Source of the DNA: Betaproteobacteria bacterium
Lineage (GTDB): Bacteria; Pseudomonadota; Gammaproteobacteria; Burkholderiales; CAIKXV01
Direction: 5' to 3'
DNA: 64,000 nucleotides
Assembly: GCA_947457885.1 (NCBI GenBank)
Contig: CANGXU010000001.1
Coordinates: forward strand, 34,471-98,470
How positions within the stretch are numbered: position 1 is the first letter of the stretch; each line of letters opens with the position of its first letter. A program made the translations under genes and the position numbers. The notes below the pieces were generated by a model, which was given only the letters and a program-made list of their open reading frames with translations, ran no database searches and was not told the origin of the DNA. Shown here one piece after another: positions 1 to 10,813 of the stretch.

Positions 1-2105
1 GTACCGAGCTTGTCGACTCGGCTCTCTACACGATCGTAAAGGTGCTGCTCGAGGCGATCGTGTTCGTGATTGTCATCCTCATGGTGTTTCTCGGCGACAT
101 CCGGTCCAGCCTGATCGTCGTGGCGACGCTTCTGCTGACGCCGCTGTTCACCTTCATGGTGATGAACCAGTACGGCATCTCGGCGAACCTGATGTCGCTC
201 GGCGGGCTGGTGATCGCGATCGGCCTGATGGTCGACGGCTCGGTCGTGGTGGTCGAGAACACCTTCAAGCGGCTGGGCGAGGCGCGCGACTCCGGTGAGA
301 ACCGGCTGCGCATCGTGCTGCGCGCCGCGGGCGAGGTGGGCGTGCCGGTGGTGTTCGGCGTTGGCATCATCATCGTCGTGTTCATGCCGCTGCTGACCCT
401 GACCGATATGGAGGGCAAGATGTTCGGTCCGCTGGCGCAGGTGATCGGGATCGCGCTGGCGATTTCCCTCGTGCTGTCGCTGACGCTCACGCCCATCCTC
501 GCTTCGTACATGCTCAAGGGCGGTGCCGACCACGACACGTTCGTGATCCGGATGATCAAGCCTGGCTACCTGCGCCTGCTCGACTGGTCGGTTGCACACG
601 AAAAGTCGGTGGTCGCGATCGCGATCGGCCTGCTCGCGGCTGCCGGCGCAGCGTTTCCGTTCCTCGGCACGGCCTTCGTCCCGGTGATGCAGGAGGGCGC
701 GGTGACGCCGCAGATCATCCGCGTGCCCTCGGTGTCTCTGGAGGAGTCGTTGCGTACCGAGTTCGAGGCGATGAAGCTGGTGTCGCAGGTGCCGGGCGTG
801 AAGATGGCGGTATCCACGCTCGGCCGGGGCGAGAGCCCGGCCGACCCCGCCGGGATGAACGAATCGAGCCCCGTGGTGAGCCTGCTGCCGCCCGATGAGC
901 GCCCGGAGGGCTTCAAGCGCCAGTCCGACATCGAGCGCCGGATCCGCGAAGTCCTGTCCGTGTTGCCCGGCGTGCAGCTGGTGATGAGCCAGCCGATCCA
1001 GGAGCGGGTCGACGAGATGGTGACCGGCGTGCGCTCGCAGGTCGCGATCAAGCTGTTCGGCGAGGACCTCGCCGTGCTGCGCGAGAAGAGCGAGGAGATC
1101 GCGCGCGTGCTCAACGGCATCGAGGGTACGCGTGACCTCAGGCTGGACCGGGTTGGCGGCCAGCCTTACCTGACCATCGATATCGATCGTACGGCGATCG
1201 CGCGCTACGGCATCAATGTGGCCGACGTGCACGATGTGATCGAGACGGCGATCGCCGGCCGCCAGGCTACCGAGGTGTTCGAAGGGGAACGCCGCTTCGC
1301 AGCCGTGGTGCGTTATCCGGAGCCCTACCGCGACAGCATCGAGGCGATCGGCAATATCCTGTTCACTTCACCGAACGGCGCGATGGTGCCGCTCAAGAGC
1401 CTGGCCACGATCACGGTGGTCGACAGCGCACCGGTGATCGCGCGCGAATCGGGGCGTCGCCGGATCGTGATCGGCTCCAACGTGGCCGGTCGCGATCTGG
1501 GCGGCTACGTCGCCGAGGCCCAGGCACGGATCGCGGAAAAGGTCGACTTGCCGGACGGTTACACCCTCGAATGGGGTGGCCAGTTCGAGAACATGGAGCG
1601 GGCGCTGGGCCGACTGTCGGTGATCGTGCCGATCACGGTCGCGACCATCTTCTTCCTGCTCTTCATCCTCTTCAAGTCCCTGCGCTGCGCCGCCCTGATC
1701 ATCCTCGTGCTGCCGTTCGCCTCGCTGGGTGGCATCTTCGGCCTGCTGCTGTCGGGCGAGTTCCTGTCGGTACCGGCGTCGGTCGGATTCATCACGCTCT
1801 GGGGTATCGCGACCCTCAACGCGGTAGTGCTGGTCGAGTACATCCGGCACCTGCGCGGCGAAGGACTGGACGTACGCGAGGCCGTGGTCGAGGGCTGCAA
1901 GGCGCGTCTGCGGCCGGTGCTGATGACTGCCTCGGTGGCCATGCTCGGGTTGATCCCGATGCTGTTCGCGACGGGCCCCGGTTCTGAAGTGACCCGTCCG
2001 CTGGCGGTGGTGGTGATATCCGGCCTGGTTACCTCGACGTTGCTGACGCTGGTGGTGGTCCCGGCTCTGTTCAAGTGGTTCGACGAGAAGCCGATCGAGG
2101 CTTGA
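1..2105 (+). CDS. Heavy-metal-efflux type RND inner-membrane pump, CzcA/CusA family (5' end cut by window edge)
   Basis: Frame is open from base 3 (TELVDSALYTIVKVLLEAIVF...) to the stop at 2103-2105. RND hallmarks are present: ISANLMSLGG..AIGLMVDGSVVVVEN, large periplasmic loops and a C-terminal TM bundle. The GTG at 42 in the ORF track is internal. Confidence 0.9.
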   Translation, partial: TELVDSALYTIVKVLLEAIVFVIVILMVFLGDIRSSLIVVATLLLTPLFTFMVMNQYGISANLMSLGGLVIAIGLMVDGSVVVVENTFKRLGEARDSGENRLRIVLRAAGEVGVPVVFGVGIIIVVFMPLLTLTDMEGKMFGPLAQVIGIALAISLVLSLTLTPILASYMLKGGADHDTFVIRMIKPGYLRLLDWSVAHEKSVVAIAIGLLAAAGAAFPFLGTAFVPVMQEGAVTPQIIRVPSVSLEESLRTEFEAMKLVSQVPGVKMAVSTLGRGESPADPAGMNESSPVVSLLPPDERPEGFKRQSDIERRIREVLSVLPGVQLVMSQPIQERVDEMVTGVRSQVAIKLFGEDLAVLREKSEEIARVLNGIEGTRDLRLDRVGGQPYLTIDIDRTAIARYGINVADVHDVIETAIAGRQATEVFEGERRFAAVVRYPEPYRDSIEAIGNILFTSPNGAMVPLKSLATITVVDSAPVIARESGRRRIVIGSNVAGRDLGGYVAEAQARIAEKVDLPDGYTLEWGGQFENMERALGRLSVIVPITVATIFFLLFILFKSLRCAALIILVLPFASLGGIFGLLLSGEFLSVPASVGFITLWGIATLNAVVLVEYIRHLRGEGLDVREAVVEGCKARLRPVLMTASVAMLGLIPMLFATGPGSEVTRPLAVVVISGLVTSTLLTLVVVPALFKWFDEKPIEA

Positions 2106-2175
2106 CCGGCCTGGGTGTCCCGGCAGGGTGACAGCGCGGGGCCCGTGCATGGCATGCTTCCGGAGAGGAGACGCG

Positions 2176-2550
2176 ATGAAGGAGATAAAGGCGATCGTGC
2201 GGCCTGCGCGGTTCGATCGGGTGAGCGACGCGTTGCGCAAGCTGCCCGGCTTTCCGGGCATGAGCGTCGGCAAGGTCGAGGGTTGCAGTCGATTTCCCTC
2301 CGGTCAGAATCCGCGCAATCCCAAGGAGGCGCTGACCGATTTCTCCAGCAAGATGCGCATCGAGATGGTCTGTCCCGACGAGATGGTCGATCCGATCATG
2401 CGGCTGATCGCCGAACACGGGTTCACCGGCCAGGCGGGCGACGGGCTGGTATGGGTCACCGACGTCCTGCACCGGGTGCGCCTGGTCGAGAAGGAGCGCG
2501 ACCTCGCGGCGCTGGAGGCGCCCGCGTCACCCGATATCGGCCCGGATTGA
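2176..2550 (+). CDS. PII (GlnB)-like signal-transduction protein with divergent T-loop
   Basis: ATG at 2176 is preceded by GGAGAGGAG. MKEIKAIVRPARFDRVSDALRKL matches the GlnB N-terminus (MKKIEAIIKPFKLDDV...). The T-loop region is replaced by GCSRFPSGQNPRNPKE with no Tyr. It lies 70 bp downstream of the RND pump. Confidence 0.8.
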   Translation: MKEIKAIVRPARFDRVSDALRKLPGFPGMSVGKVEGCSRFPSGQNPRNPKEALTDFSSKMRIEMVCPDEMVDPIMRLIAEHGFTGQAGDGLVWVTDVLHRVRLVEKERDLAALEAPASPDIGPD

Positions 2551-2582
2551 CGGGCAGCGCCTGCTCCGGCCCGCCGCCCGGT

Positions 2583-3452
2583 TCAGTGGCGGGTGGGGCT
2601 GCCGGGCGATCGCATACCGCCGACGAAGAGCTGCGCCGCATCGACCGGGTCGAGGCGGTAGGCCCGATTGCAGAACTCGCAGGTCACTTCGACATGACCC
2701 CGTTCGGCGAGCACCGACTCGACCTCCTCCGGCCCGAGCATGGTGAGCATCGATTCGACGCGCGCCTTCGAGCATGCGCATCGAAAGGCGAGCGGCTGGG
2801 GCTCGAACAGGCGAACGTCCTCCTCATGGAACAGCCGCCGTACGACGTCCAGAGGCGCGAGGCCGAGCAGTTCCGCTGCTTCGACCGTGCTGGCCAGCAT
2901 GCAAACCCGGTCCCAGCGGTCGGCATCGTCGTCGGCCGACTCGGGCAGCCGCTGCAGCAGCAGGCCGCCGACCCGCATGCCGTCGGCCGCCACGGTGAGC
3001 GCAGTCTCGATCTGTTCGGAGTGCCTCATGTAGTGCATCAGCATCTCAGCCACGTTGTCGCCGACGACCTCGACCACGCCCTGGTAGCTCTGGGAGCCGT
3101 CCGGCTGGATCAGCGTGATCGCACAGCGCGCATCGCGCAGCAGGTCTGCGAAGCCGGCCTGCTCGGGCAGCGCATCCCACTTCGCCGTGGCCCGTAACGT
3201 GCCGGCGCTCGTGCATTCGACCACAAGCAGGCGCAGTGGCCCGCTGCCCTGGACCTGCATCAGCATCGCGCCGTCGAACTTGAGCGTCGCAGACAGCAGC
3301 GCGCTCGCAGCCATCATTTCGCCCAGCAGGGTCTGCAGCAGCGGCGGGTACTCGTGGCGCTCGAGCACCGCGCGCCAGGTCGCGTCCAGCTGAACGATCT
3401 CGCCGCGGATCGGTGCACCTTCGAACATGAACCTGCGTATGGAATCTGACAT
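2583..3452 (-). CDS. hslO: Hsp33 redox-regulated chaperone
   Basis: Start MSDSIRRFMFEGAPIRGEIVQL at 3452 (the ORF-track start at 3809 is a spurious extension). C-terminal zinc centre CACS...CEFCNRAY is present. Confidence 0.92.
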   Translation of the reverse strand: MSDSIRRFMFEGAPIRGEIVQLDATWRAVLERHEYPPLLQTLLGEMMAASALLSATLKFDGAMLMQVQGSGPLRLLVVECTSAGTLRATAKWDALPEQAGFADLLRDARCAITLIQPDGSQSYQGVVEVVGDNVAEMLMHYMRHSEQIETALTVAADGMRVGGLLLQRLPESADDDADRWDRVCMLASTVEAAELLGLAPLDVVRRLFHEEDVRLFEPQPLAFRCACSKARVESMLTMLGPEEVESVLAERGHVEVTCEFCNRAYRLDPVDAAQLFVGGMRSPGSPTRH

Positions 3453-3466
3453 CGTAGCCCCGTCGT

Positions 3467-5791
3467 TCAGTGGGTGCCGCTGCCGGCGGGGAGGTCGCCG
3501 CCCGGCTGTATGTCGGGCACCAGCACCAGCGCCGCCAGCGGCGGCAGTTTCAGCCACATCGATGCAGGCTGGCCCGACCATGGTTCGGTCGACGCGTCGA
3601 CAAAGCCCGCATTGCCCAGGTTGCTGCCGCCATAGAGCGACGCGTCGGTGTTGAGTATCTCCCGGTAGCGCCCGGCCTGCGGTACGCCGAGCCGGTGCGC
3701 AAGGCGCGGCACGGGGGTGAAGTTGAGCGCGACCACCGCATGCCGGCCGTTGCGGGCGCGGCGGATGAAGGTCAGCACCGACTGCTCCGCATCGTTGCAG
3801 TCGATCCACTCGAAGCCGGCGGATTCGAAGTCGAGCTGGTGCAAGGCGGGTTCATCGCGATACAGCCGGTTCAGGTCGCGCACCAGCGAGTGGACGCCCT
3901 GGTGCCACTGCAGCGCGAGCAGCGGCCAGTCGAGTTCGCGCTGGGAGTTCCATTCGCGCCCCTGCGCGAACTCGTTGCCCATGAACGACAGCTTGCGCCC
4001 CGGCGTAGTGGACTGCAGCGCGAGCAGCAGGCGCAGGCTGGCAAACCGCTGCCAGTCGTCGCCAGGCATCCGGTCCAGCAGCGACCGCTTGCCGTGTACT
4101 ACCTCGTCGTGCGACAGCGGCAGCAGGAAGTTTTCGCTGTACGCGTACAGTTGTCCGAAGGTCAGCCGATCGTGGTGGTAGCGCCGGTGGACCGGATCGA
4201 GGCGCATGTACGACAGCACGTCGTGCATCCAGCCCATGTTCCACTTCATCGAGAACCCGAGCCCGCCGAGCCAGGTCGGGCGCGACACCATTGGCCAGGA
4301 GGTGGATTCCTCTGCGATGGTCAGCGCGCCGGGGTACTGCCCGTGCACCATCGCGTTGAGTTCGCGCAGGAAGTCGATCGCGCCGAGGTTCTCTCGGCCA
4401 CCGAAGCGGTTGGGCAGCCACTGGCCAGGCTCGCGCGAGTAGTCGAGGTAGAGCATCGAGGCGACCGCGTCCACGCGCAGCGCATCGAAGTGGAACTCGG
4501 CGAGCCACCACGCGGCCGAGGAAAGCAGGAAGCTGCGTACTTCGTTGCGCTCGAAGTTGAAGACACAGGTCCCCCAGTCGGGGTGCAGCCCGAGACGCGG
4601 GTCGTCGTGCTCGTACAGCGCGGTACCGTCGAAGCGGGCCAGCGCGAAGGGGTCGCTGGGGAAATGGCCGGGCACCCAGTCGAGGATTACGCCGATGCCG
4701 GCGCGATGGCAGCAATCGACCAGGTACTTCAGGTCGTCCGCACTGCCGAAGCGACTGGTTGGCGCGAAATATCCGACGCTCTGGTAGCCCCAGGATTCGT
4801 CGAGCGGGTGCTCGGTCAGCGGCAGGAACTCGATGTGCGTGTAGCCGAGGTCGCACACGTACGGCAGCAGTGTCTCGGCCAGTTCGCGGTAGCCGTAGAA
4901 GCGGCCGTCGGGATGGCGCCGCCAGGATCCGGCGTGCACTTCGTAGACGTTCATCGGACGTTCCAGCCACGGCGCATGTGCCCGCTGTTCCATCCAGGTA
5001 CTGTCGCGCCATTCGTGGCTGCCGCACGCCGGCGTGACGCTGGCGTTGCCAGGCCGGACTTCGCAGGCGCGCCCGTACGGATCGCTGCGGGTGAACACCG
5101 CCCCTGTGTCGCGGTTGCGGATCTCGAAGCGGTAGAGCACGCCCGCCGGCAGGTCCGGCATGAACAGCTCCCAGACGCCGGAGGCACCGCGCGGACGCAT
5201 CGGATGCACAGTACCGTCCCACTGGTTCCATTCCCCGACCAGGCTGACCCGCTCGGCGTTGGGTGCCCACACCGAGAATCGGTAGCCGGGAACGGCGCCT
5301 GCGGGCGCCGGCACGCAGCCGAGCGTCTGCCATGCCTGGGTCAGCCGTCCTTCGTTGAACAGGTACAGCTCGTCATCGGAGATCTGCGCGGCGAACGAAT
5401 ACGGATCGCGCCATTCACGCTGCGTACCGTTGTCGAAGGCTGCGCGCAGTCGGTAAGGCCACGCCGGCGCAGCGCTGCCGTGCCACTCGAACAGGCCGCG
5501 CCTGTCCCGGCAGGCGAGCAACTCGCCGGCGTCCGCCGCCGCGCCGCCCGCCTGCGCACTCAGCAGCCGCACCTCGCGTGCCCGTGGTTCGTAGACGCGG
5601 ACCACCCATTTCATGCCGTCAGGATGCAGGCCGAGCAAGCTGAACGGATCATGCAGCCTGCCTTGCAGCAGGCGCTCGAACGCACCCTCGGGGCCGTGCA
5701 TGGGGTCGTCGCAGGCCGGAACGGTCGGAGCCGGAGCCCGGTCCGTCGAATCCAACATTCCGTTGACTTGCGTCGGCAGGTCGTGTCTCAT
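3467..5791 (-). CDS. glgB: 1,4-alpha-glucan (glycogen) branching enzyme
   Basis: GH13 GlgB motifs are present: [51 protein letters not shown]. The ORF-track N-terminus (to 6301) overlaps glgC antisense. Likely start is the ATG at 5791 (MRHDL), alternative 5758 (MLDSTD). Confidence 0.93.
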   Translation of the reverse strand: MRHDLPTQVNGMLDSTDRAPAPTVPACDDPMHGPEGAFERLLQGRLHDPFSLLGLHPDGMKWVVRVYEPRAREVRLLSAQAGGAAADAGELLACRDRRGLFEWHGSAAPAWPYRLRAAFDNGTQREWRDPYSFAAQISDDELYLFNEGRLTQAWQTLGCVPAPAGAVPGYRFSVWAPNAERVSLVGEWNQWDGTVHPMRPRGASGVWELFMPDLPAGVLYRFEIRNRDTGAVFTRSDPYGRACEVRPGNASVTPACGSHEWRDSTWMEQRAHAPWLERPMNVYEVHAGSWRRHPDGRFYGYRELAETLLPYVCDLGYTHIEFLPLTEHPLDESWGYQSVGYFAPTSRFGSADDLKYLVDCCHRAGIGVILDWVPGHFPSDPFALARFDGTALYEHDDPRLGLHPDWGTCVFNFERNEVRSFLLSSAAWWLAEFHFDALRVDAVASMLYLDYSREPGQWLPNRFGGRENLGAIDFLRELNAMVHGQYPGALTIAEESTSWPMVSRPTWLGGLGFSMKWNMGWMHDVLSYMRLDPVHRRYHHDRLTFGQLYAYSENFLLPLSHDEVVHGKRSLLDRMPGDDWQRFASLRLLLALQSTTPGRKLSFMGNEFAQGREWNSQRELDWPLLALQWHQGVHSLVRDLNRLYRDEPALHQLDFESAGFEWIDCNDAEQSVLTFIRRARNGRHAVVALNFTPVPRLAHRLGVPQAGRYREILNTDASLYGGSNLGNAGFVDASTEPWSGQPASMWLKLPPLAALVLVPDIQPGGDLPAGSGTH

Positions 5792-5831
5792 GGTCGTGCC
5801 TAGCATACAGGACTGTTCCGGGCCCTCCACC

Positions 5832-7160
5832 ATGATGGTCAACCCAGAAAACAGAGAACGGGCCGCGGCTGCGATCGCGCTGGCTGAGGGGGCTTCGACC
5901 CCCCGTTTCGTGAGCCAGCTCACGAAGAATGCGTTCGCACTGATCCTCGCCGGCGGGCGGGGCTCGCGGCTGAAGCAGCTCACCGACTGGCGCGCGAAGC
6001 CCGGCCTCGCGTTCGGCGGCAAGTTCAAGATCATCGACTTTGCACTGTCGAACTGCGTGAACTCCGGTGTGCGGCGTATCGGCATCGCTACGCAGTACAA
6101 GTCGCACAGCCTGATCCAGCACATCCAGCGTGGCTGGAGTTTCCTCGATGGCCGCTTCGACGAATTCGTGCAACTGCTGCCGGCGCAGCAGCGTGTGGAA
6201 GAGGCCTGGTATCGCGGTACGGCCGACGCGATCTTCCAGAACCTGGACATCCTGCGCGAACACGCACCCGAGCATGTCGTCGTGCTGGCCGGCGACCACA
6301 TCTACAAGATGGATTACGGCAAGCTGCTGGCCTGGCACGTGAGCCGCCAGGCCGACCTCACCGTTGCCTGCGTCGAGGTGCCGCGTCTCGAGGCCCGCGG
6401 GTTCGGCGTGATGCATGTCGACGAGAACGACCGGGTCACCGAATTCCTCGAAAAGCCCGACGATCCGCCGTCGATCCCTGGCGACCCCGAGCACGCGCTC
6501 GCCAGCATGGGCGTGTACGTGTTCAACGCGGCCTTCCTGTACGAGCAGGTGGTCCGCGATGCCGACGAGCCGAAGTCGACGCACGACTTCGGCAACGACA
6601 TTCTGCCGCACCTGGTGCCGCGCTATCGGGTGTTCGCGCACCGTTTTGCCGACAGTTGCGTGCGCGCGCCGGGCGAGTTGCCCTACTGGCGGGACGTCGG
6701 CACGATCGATGCGTTCTGGGAAGCGAACCTCGAGCTGACGCGCGTCACGCCCGCGCTCAACCTTTACGACAGCCGATGGCCTATCTGGACCAACCAGGAG
6801 CAGTTGCCACCGGCCAAGTTCGTGTTCGACGAGGACGATCGGCGCGGCATGGCCGTGGATTCACTGATTTCGGGCGGTTGCATAATCAGCGGCTCGCTGG
6901 TGCGCGGATCGCTGCTCTACTCCAGCGTGCATGCACATTCCTATTCGTCGGTGGAGCACTCGGTGCTGCTCTCGGGCGTCGATGTCGGACGGCATGCGAA
7001 GCTGCGCCGCGTGATCGTCGACGAGGGCGCCCGCATCCCCGAGGGCATGGTGATCGGCTACGACGCTGCCGAAGACCGCCGGCGCTTCTACGTCTCCGAA
7101 GGCGGGGTGACGCTGGTCACCGCCGAGATGCTCGGTCAGCCGCAGCGCCGCGGGCGCTGA
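5832..7160 (+). CDS. glgC: Glucose-1-phosphate adenylyltransferase (ADP-glucose pyrophosphorylase)
   Basis: [43 protein letters not shown] and [17 protein letters not shown] are near-identical to the E. coli GlgC core. Start is at ATGATG 5832/5835. Confidence 0.95.
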   Translation: MMVNPENRERAAAAIALAEGASTPRFVSQLTKNAFALILAGGRGSRLKQLTDWRAKPGLAFGGKFKIIDFALSNCVNSGVRRIGIATQYKSHSLIQHIQRGWSFLDGRFDEFVQLLPAQQRVEEAWYRGTADAIFQNLDILREHAPEHVVVLAGDHIYKMDYGKLLAWHVSRQADLTVACVEVPRLEARGFGVMHVDENDRVTEFLEKPDDPPSIPGDPEHALASMGVYVFNAAFLYEQVVRDADEPKSTHDFGNDILPHLVPRYRVFAHRFADSCVRAPGELPYWRDVGTIDAFWEANLELTRVTPALNLYDSRWPIWTNQEQLPPAKFVFDEDDRRGMAVDSLISGGCIISGSLVRGSLLYSSVHAHSYSSVEHSVLLSGVDVGRHAKLRRVIVDEGARIPEGMVIGYDAAEDRRRFYVSEGGVTLVTAEMLGQPQRRGR

Positions 7161-7167
7161 GCGGCAG

Positions 7168-8862
7168 ATGGTCCAGCGTCTCGACCTCGTGCTGTTCTGG
7201 CACATGCACCAGCCGGACTACCGCGATGCGGCCACCGGCGAGTGCCTGCTGCCCTGGGTGTACCTGCATGCGCTGAAGGACTACAGCGACATGGCCGCCC
7301 ACTTCGAGCGGCACCCGGCGATGCGCGCCGTGGTCAATTTCGTACCGGTGCTGACGCGGCAGGTCGACGACTACCTTGCCCAGTTCGCCAGTGGCGAGTT
7401 CCGCGATCCGCTGCTGCGTGCACTGGCGATCGAGGATCCGGCGCAGCTCTGCGCGCGCGACCGGGCGCAGGTGCTGGACCTCTGCTTCCGCGCCAACCCG
7501 CGCACGATGATCGAACCGTTCGCCGGCTATGCACGGCTGGCCGAACTTCACCGTCGCTGTACATCCGACGGCGTCGACCTCACCGACTATCTGTCCGGCA
7601 GCTACCTGACCGACCTGGTCACCTGGTACCACCTTGCCTGGACGGGCGAGACGCTCCGCCAGGAGCAGCCGCTGCTTCGGCGGCTCTTCGCGCAGGGGGC
7701 GGGCTACGGCCCCGGCGAGCGGCGCGCGCTGCTGTCCCTGGTCGGCCGCGAACTCGAGCGGGTGCTGCCGCGCTGGAAGGCGCTCGCCGAGCGTGGGCAG
7801 GTCGAACTGTCCACCACCCCGGACTGCCACCCGCTGGCGCCGCTGATGTTCGATTTCGGCGCTGCCCGCCAGACGCAGCCGCGGGCCGCACTGCCACGGT
7901 CGCTGGCCTATCCCGGCGGTGCAGAACGAGTCGCAGCGCATGTCGATCGCGCATTCATCGAGCACGAGGCACGCTTCGGTACGCCTCCCACCGGGACCTG
8001 GCCGGCGGAAGGCGCACTGTCGTCCAGCGTCGTCGACGCGCTTGCGGCACGCGGCAGCCGCTGGGCTGCCAGTGGCGAAGCGGTCCTGATGAACAGCCTG
8101 CGGATCGGGGCGGTCGAGGTGCCCGACCGTGCCGCAGCCTTGTACCGGCCCTACCGGATGAACCATGCACCCGGGCTGCAGCTGTTCTTCCGCGACGATC
8201 GGCTGTCCGACCTGATCGGGTTCGACTATTCGCGCCGCCACAGCGGCGAGGCGGCCGCCCAGTTCGTGTCGGAACTGGAGGCGATTGCCGCCAGTTGGGT
8301 CGGAGATGTACCGCCGGTGGTCAGCGTCATGCTCGATGGCGAGAACGCGTGGGAGCACTTTCCCTACAACGGACACTACTTCCTGGACGAACTCTATCGC
8401 CGGCTGTCGTCGCATCCGGTGATCCGGCCGACGACGTTCGAGGCATTGATCGCGCGCGATGTTCCGGTCGCACCGCTCCCGGCACTCTGCGCCGGCAGCT
8501 GGGTCTACGGAGACTTCGCCACCTGGGTGGGCGCGCCGGAGAAGAATCGCGCCTGGGACCTCCTGGTCGATGCTCGAGCCGCGTACCTGCAGGTGGCCGG
8601 AACGTTGCCGGACGCGCAGCGGAGCGAGGCGACCCGGCGGCTGTCCATCTGCGAAGGGTCCGACTGGTTCTGGTGGTTCGGGGACTACAACCCGCAGCAG
8701 ACGATCGCGAGTTTCGATTCGCTGTTCAGACTGCATGTCACCCGGCTGTACGAATCGCTCGGCCTGCCAGCGCCTGCGACATTGTCGGAGCGCATAAACG
8801 GTGCTGCCGTCGGCGGCGAAGCCGAAGGTGGCGGGTCGATGCGCCGGAGCTCGGCGGGCTGA
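7168..8862 (+). CDS. Glycoside hydrolase family 57 protein (alpha-glucan acting)
   Basis: N-terminus LDLVLFWHMHQPDYRD...LPWVYLHALKDY is the GH57 signature. MLDGENAWEHF and EGSDWFWWFG are also present. Starts 7 bp after the glgC stop. Confidence 0.88.
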   Translation: MVQRLDLVLFWHMHQPDYRDAATGECLLPWVYLHALKDYSDMAAHFERHPAMRAVVNFVPVLTRQVDDYLAQFASGEFRDPLLRALAIEDPAQLCARDRAQVLDLCFRANPRTMIEPFAGYARLAELHRRCTSDGVDLTDYLSGSYLTDLVTWYHLAWTGETLRQEQPLLRRLFAQGAGYGPGERRALLSLVGRELERVLPRWKALAERGQVELSTTPDCHPLAPLMFDFGAARQTQPRAALPRSLAYPGGAERVAAHVDRAFIEHEARFGTPPTGTWPAEGALSSSVVDALAARGSRWAASGEAVLMNSLRIGAVEVPDRAAALYRPYRMNHAPGLQLFFRDDRLSDLIGFDYSRRHSGEAAAQFVSELEAIAASWVGDVPPVVSVMLDGENAWEHFPYNGHYFLDELYRRLSSHPVIRPTTFEALIARDVPVAPLPALCAGSWVYGDFATWVGAPEKNRAWDLLVDARAAYLQVAGTLPDAQRSEATRRLSICEGSDWFWWFGDYNPQQTIASFDSLFRLHVTRLYESLGLPAPATLSERINGAAVGGEAEGGGSMRRSSAG

Positions 8863-8905
8863 TCCGCGCGCCGCTGCCTGGTCACTGCCGGCGTATCGAG
8901 TGGCT

Positions 8906-10594
8906 TCAGTTTGCAGCGACTGGCGCAGGATCGCGCCGGTAGACTCGGTACAGTTCCCTCCGGTCGCCCGGTCGCGCGCCTTCCCAGACCTTCACCCAGG
9001 GATCACCACGTGAATCGGCGTCTCCCGCCCATCCCTGCCAGAGCAGGACGTTGCATGCCTGCGCAGCGAGTGGCGTACGCTCGATGCGCTGGGTCTTTAC
9101 GCCTGCGAAGTAGTCGAGCAGCGCGCGCTGGCTCTCGCCCAGGGCCTGGCTGGCCACGCAGCCCTCGGCGGGCAGGTGCACCTTCACCTCCTCGATCATC
9201 CCGCGGTAGGTCTTGCCGTGGTCGATGAACGCGAGGAGGAACAGGTTGGTGAGGATCCAGAACAGCGTCAGACCTGATGCCCAGTTGATGATCGCGCGAC
9301 GGTTCGAGCGCCCGATGCGCCAGACCAGCCCGATCCAGAGCAGCGTTGCCGCCGCGCCGACGACGAGCGTCAGCGGGTCGAAGCGGGCGTCGAAGCCGGG
9401 GTGGAGTTCTGACAGGCGGGCCGCGAGTGGTGCCGGCCATCCGGTCATCAGCGCGCCATAGACTGTCCACAGCACGATGGCCAGCAGGCCGAAGGTCATG
9501 ATGCCGAACCAGTCGAGGAAGTTCGCCGCGCTCCGCTTGAGGGCGTCGATGGAAGCGGCTGCCAGCAGCGACAGCGGCAGCAGCATCGGCATGGCGTACA
9601 GTTCGCGCGCGTCGGCCGACAAAGACAGCGTCACGAAGGTCACGACGAACAGCAGTACCGGAAGCTGCAGTTGCGGTGTCACGAACGCATCGCGCCCACG
9701 CTGCCAGAGTACCCATGCTGCCAGCGGCAGCGCTGGCCACGCGTACCAGAGCAGCATCACGAAGTACTCGCCCGGAGCCGATTCCGGTCCGATGTCGTTC
9801 AGCCCGAGGAAGCGGCCATAATTGTTCGCCAGGAACCATTCGTTGAAAAGGTCGGGCGAGCGGGCATGCAGCGCCGCTGGCCAGATCGTCACCCATGGCA
9901 GGATCGCCAGGCCTGCGGCCAGCAGCACGAGCAGGTAACCGCGCCTGCGCCAGGTCGAGAACGCGACAGGCAGCAGCAGTGCGCACAGCCCCAGCAGGCT
10001 GGGCGCGAGCATCCCCTTGGCCATGAAGCCGAGTCCGGCACCCGTTCCTAGAGCGATGCCGGCCAGCACCGGCCGGCGGGCGCTCAGGCACAGTCCGTAC
10101 AGGCCGATCGCGAATCCGGCGAGCAGCGCGGTATCGGTGATCATCTGGTGTGCGCGGATCAGCAGTCCGACGCAACCGATCAGGGCGAGGGGCGCGACCC
10201 AGCCGTGCTCGCGGCCGTAGAGTTCCCGTGCCGAAAGCGCAACGAAAAAGAGCACGATCGACAGATAGAAGCCCGTGGCGAGGCGAGCTGCGTCGTGCAG
10301 TTCGAGCACGCCACCAAACAGGGCTGAAAACGCGGCTGCCGTGATGAAGAAGACCGGTGGCTTCTCCATGAACGGCTCGCCGGCCAGCGTGGGTACCACC
10401 CAGTCGCCGGTCTGCAGGATGTGCAGCACCAGGCCGAAAGTCCACGCTTCGTCCGGCTTCCAGGGATCATGCGGAAACAGGCCGGTGAAGATCCAGACCG
10501 CGCACAGGGCGATCGTGAACAGTGCATGAAGCCGGTCGCTCGGCTCGGCGGATCGGGCGCCCGGGGTGGCGTACAGGCGGGGATCAGGAACCAT
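8906..10594 (-). CDS. ArnT/PMT-like (GT39/GT83 type) polytopic membrane glycosyltransferase
   Basis: 562 aa with about 12 hydrophobic segments. The N-terminal loop PHDPWKPDEAWTFGLVLHILQTGDWVVPTLAGEPFMEKPPVFF is typical of lipid-linked-sugar transferases. Acceptor is unknown. Confidence 0.75.
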   Translation of the reverse strand: MVPDPRLYATPGARSAEPSDRLHALFTIALCAVWIFTGLFPHDPWKPDEAWTFGLVLHILQTGDWVVPTLAGEPFMEKPPVFFITAAAFSALFGGVLELHDAARLATGFYLSIVLFFVALSARELYGREHGWVAPLALIGCVGLLIRAHQMITDTALLAGFAIGLYGLCLSARRPVLAGIALGTGAGLGFMAKGMLAPSLLGLCALLLPVAFSTWRRRGYLLVLLAAGLAILPWVTIWPAALHARSPDLFNEWFLANNYGRFLGLNDIGPESAPGEYFVMLLWYAWPALPLAAWVLWQRGRDAFVTPQLQLPVLLFVVTFVTLSLSADARELYAMPMLLPLSLLAAASIDALKRSAANFLDWFGIMTFGLLAIVLWTVYGALMTGWPAPLAARLSELHPGFDARFDPLTLVVGAAATLLWIGLVWRIGRSNRRAIINWASGLTLFWILTNLFLLAFIDHGKTYRGMIEEVKVHLPAEGCVASQALGESQRALLDYFAGVKTQRIERTPLAAQACNVLLWQGWAGDADSRGDPWVKVWEGARPGDRRELYRVYRRDPAPVAAN

Positions 10595-10813
10595 TCAGGA
10601 CCATTCGGTATCCGGGCCATGACCGGGGGCCGGTCCTGGATGCCAAGCCCCGTGCCGGAAGGGTTGCGTGCGCCTCGCCGGACGGATGTGCGCGCAAGCC
10701 CTTCGGAGCCGGCGCAGGAATCGACTACAGATTCGAAGGGGAAGGGATGGACGGCGCTGCCCGAAGCATCTGCGCCGAGCGCAGTACATGCGGCTGCACC
10801 GTCCCGTGCCGCA

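Noticed and set aside
1-24. GTACCGAGCTTGTCGAC at the window start resembles a cloning-vector polylinker (KpnI-SacI-like ... SalI)
   Set aside because: It translates in frame as TELVDSALYTIVK, which matches the conserved RTELVD..A..TV segment of CzcA-type pumps and continues seamlessly into the gene. It is native sequence, not vector.
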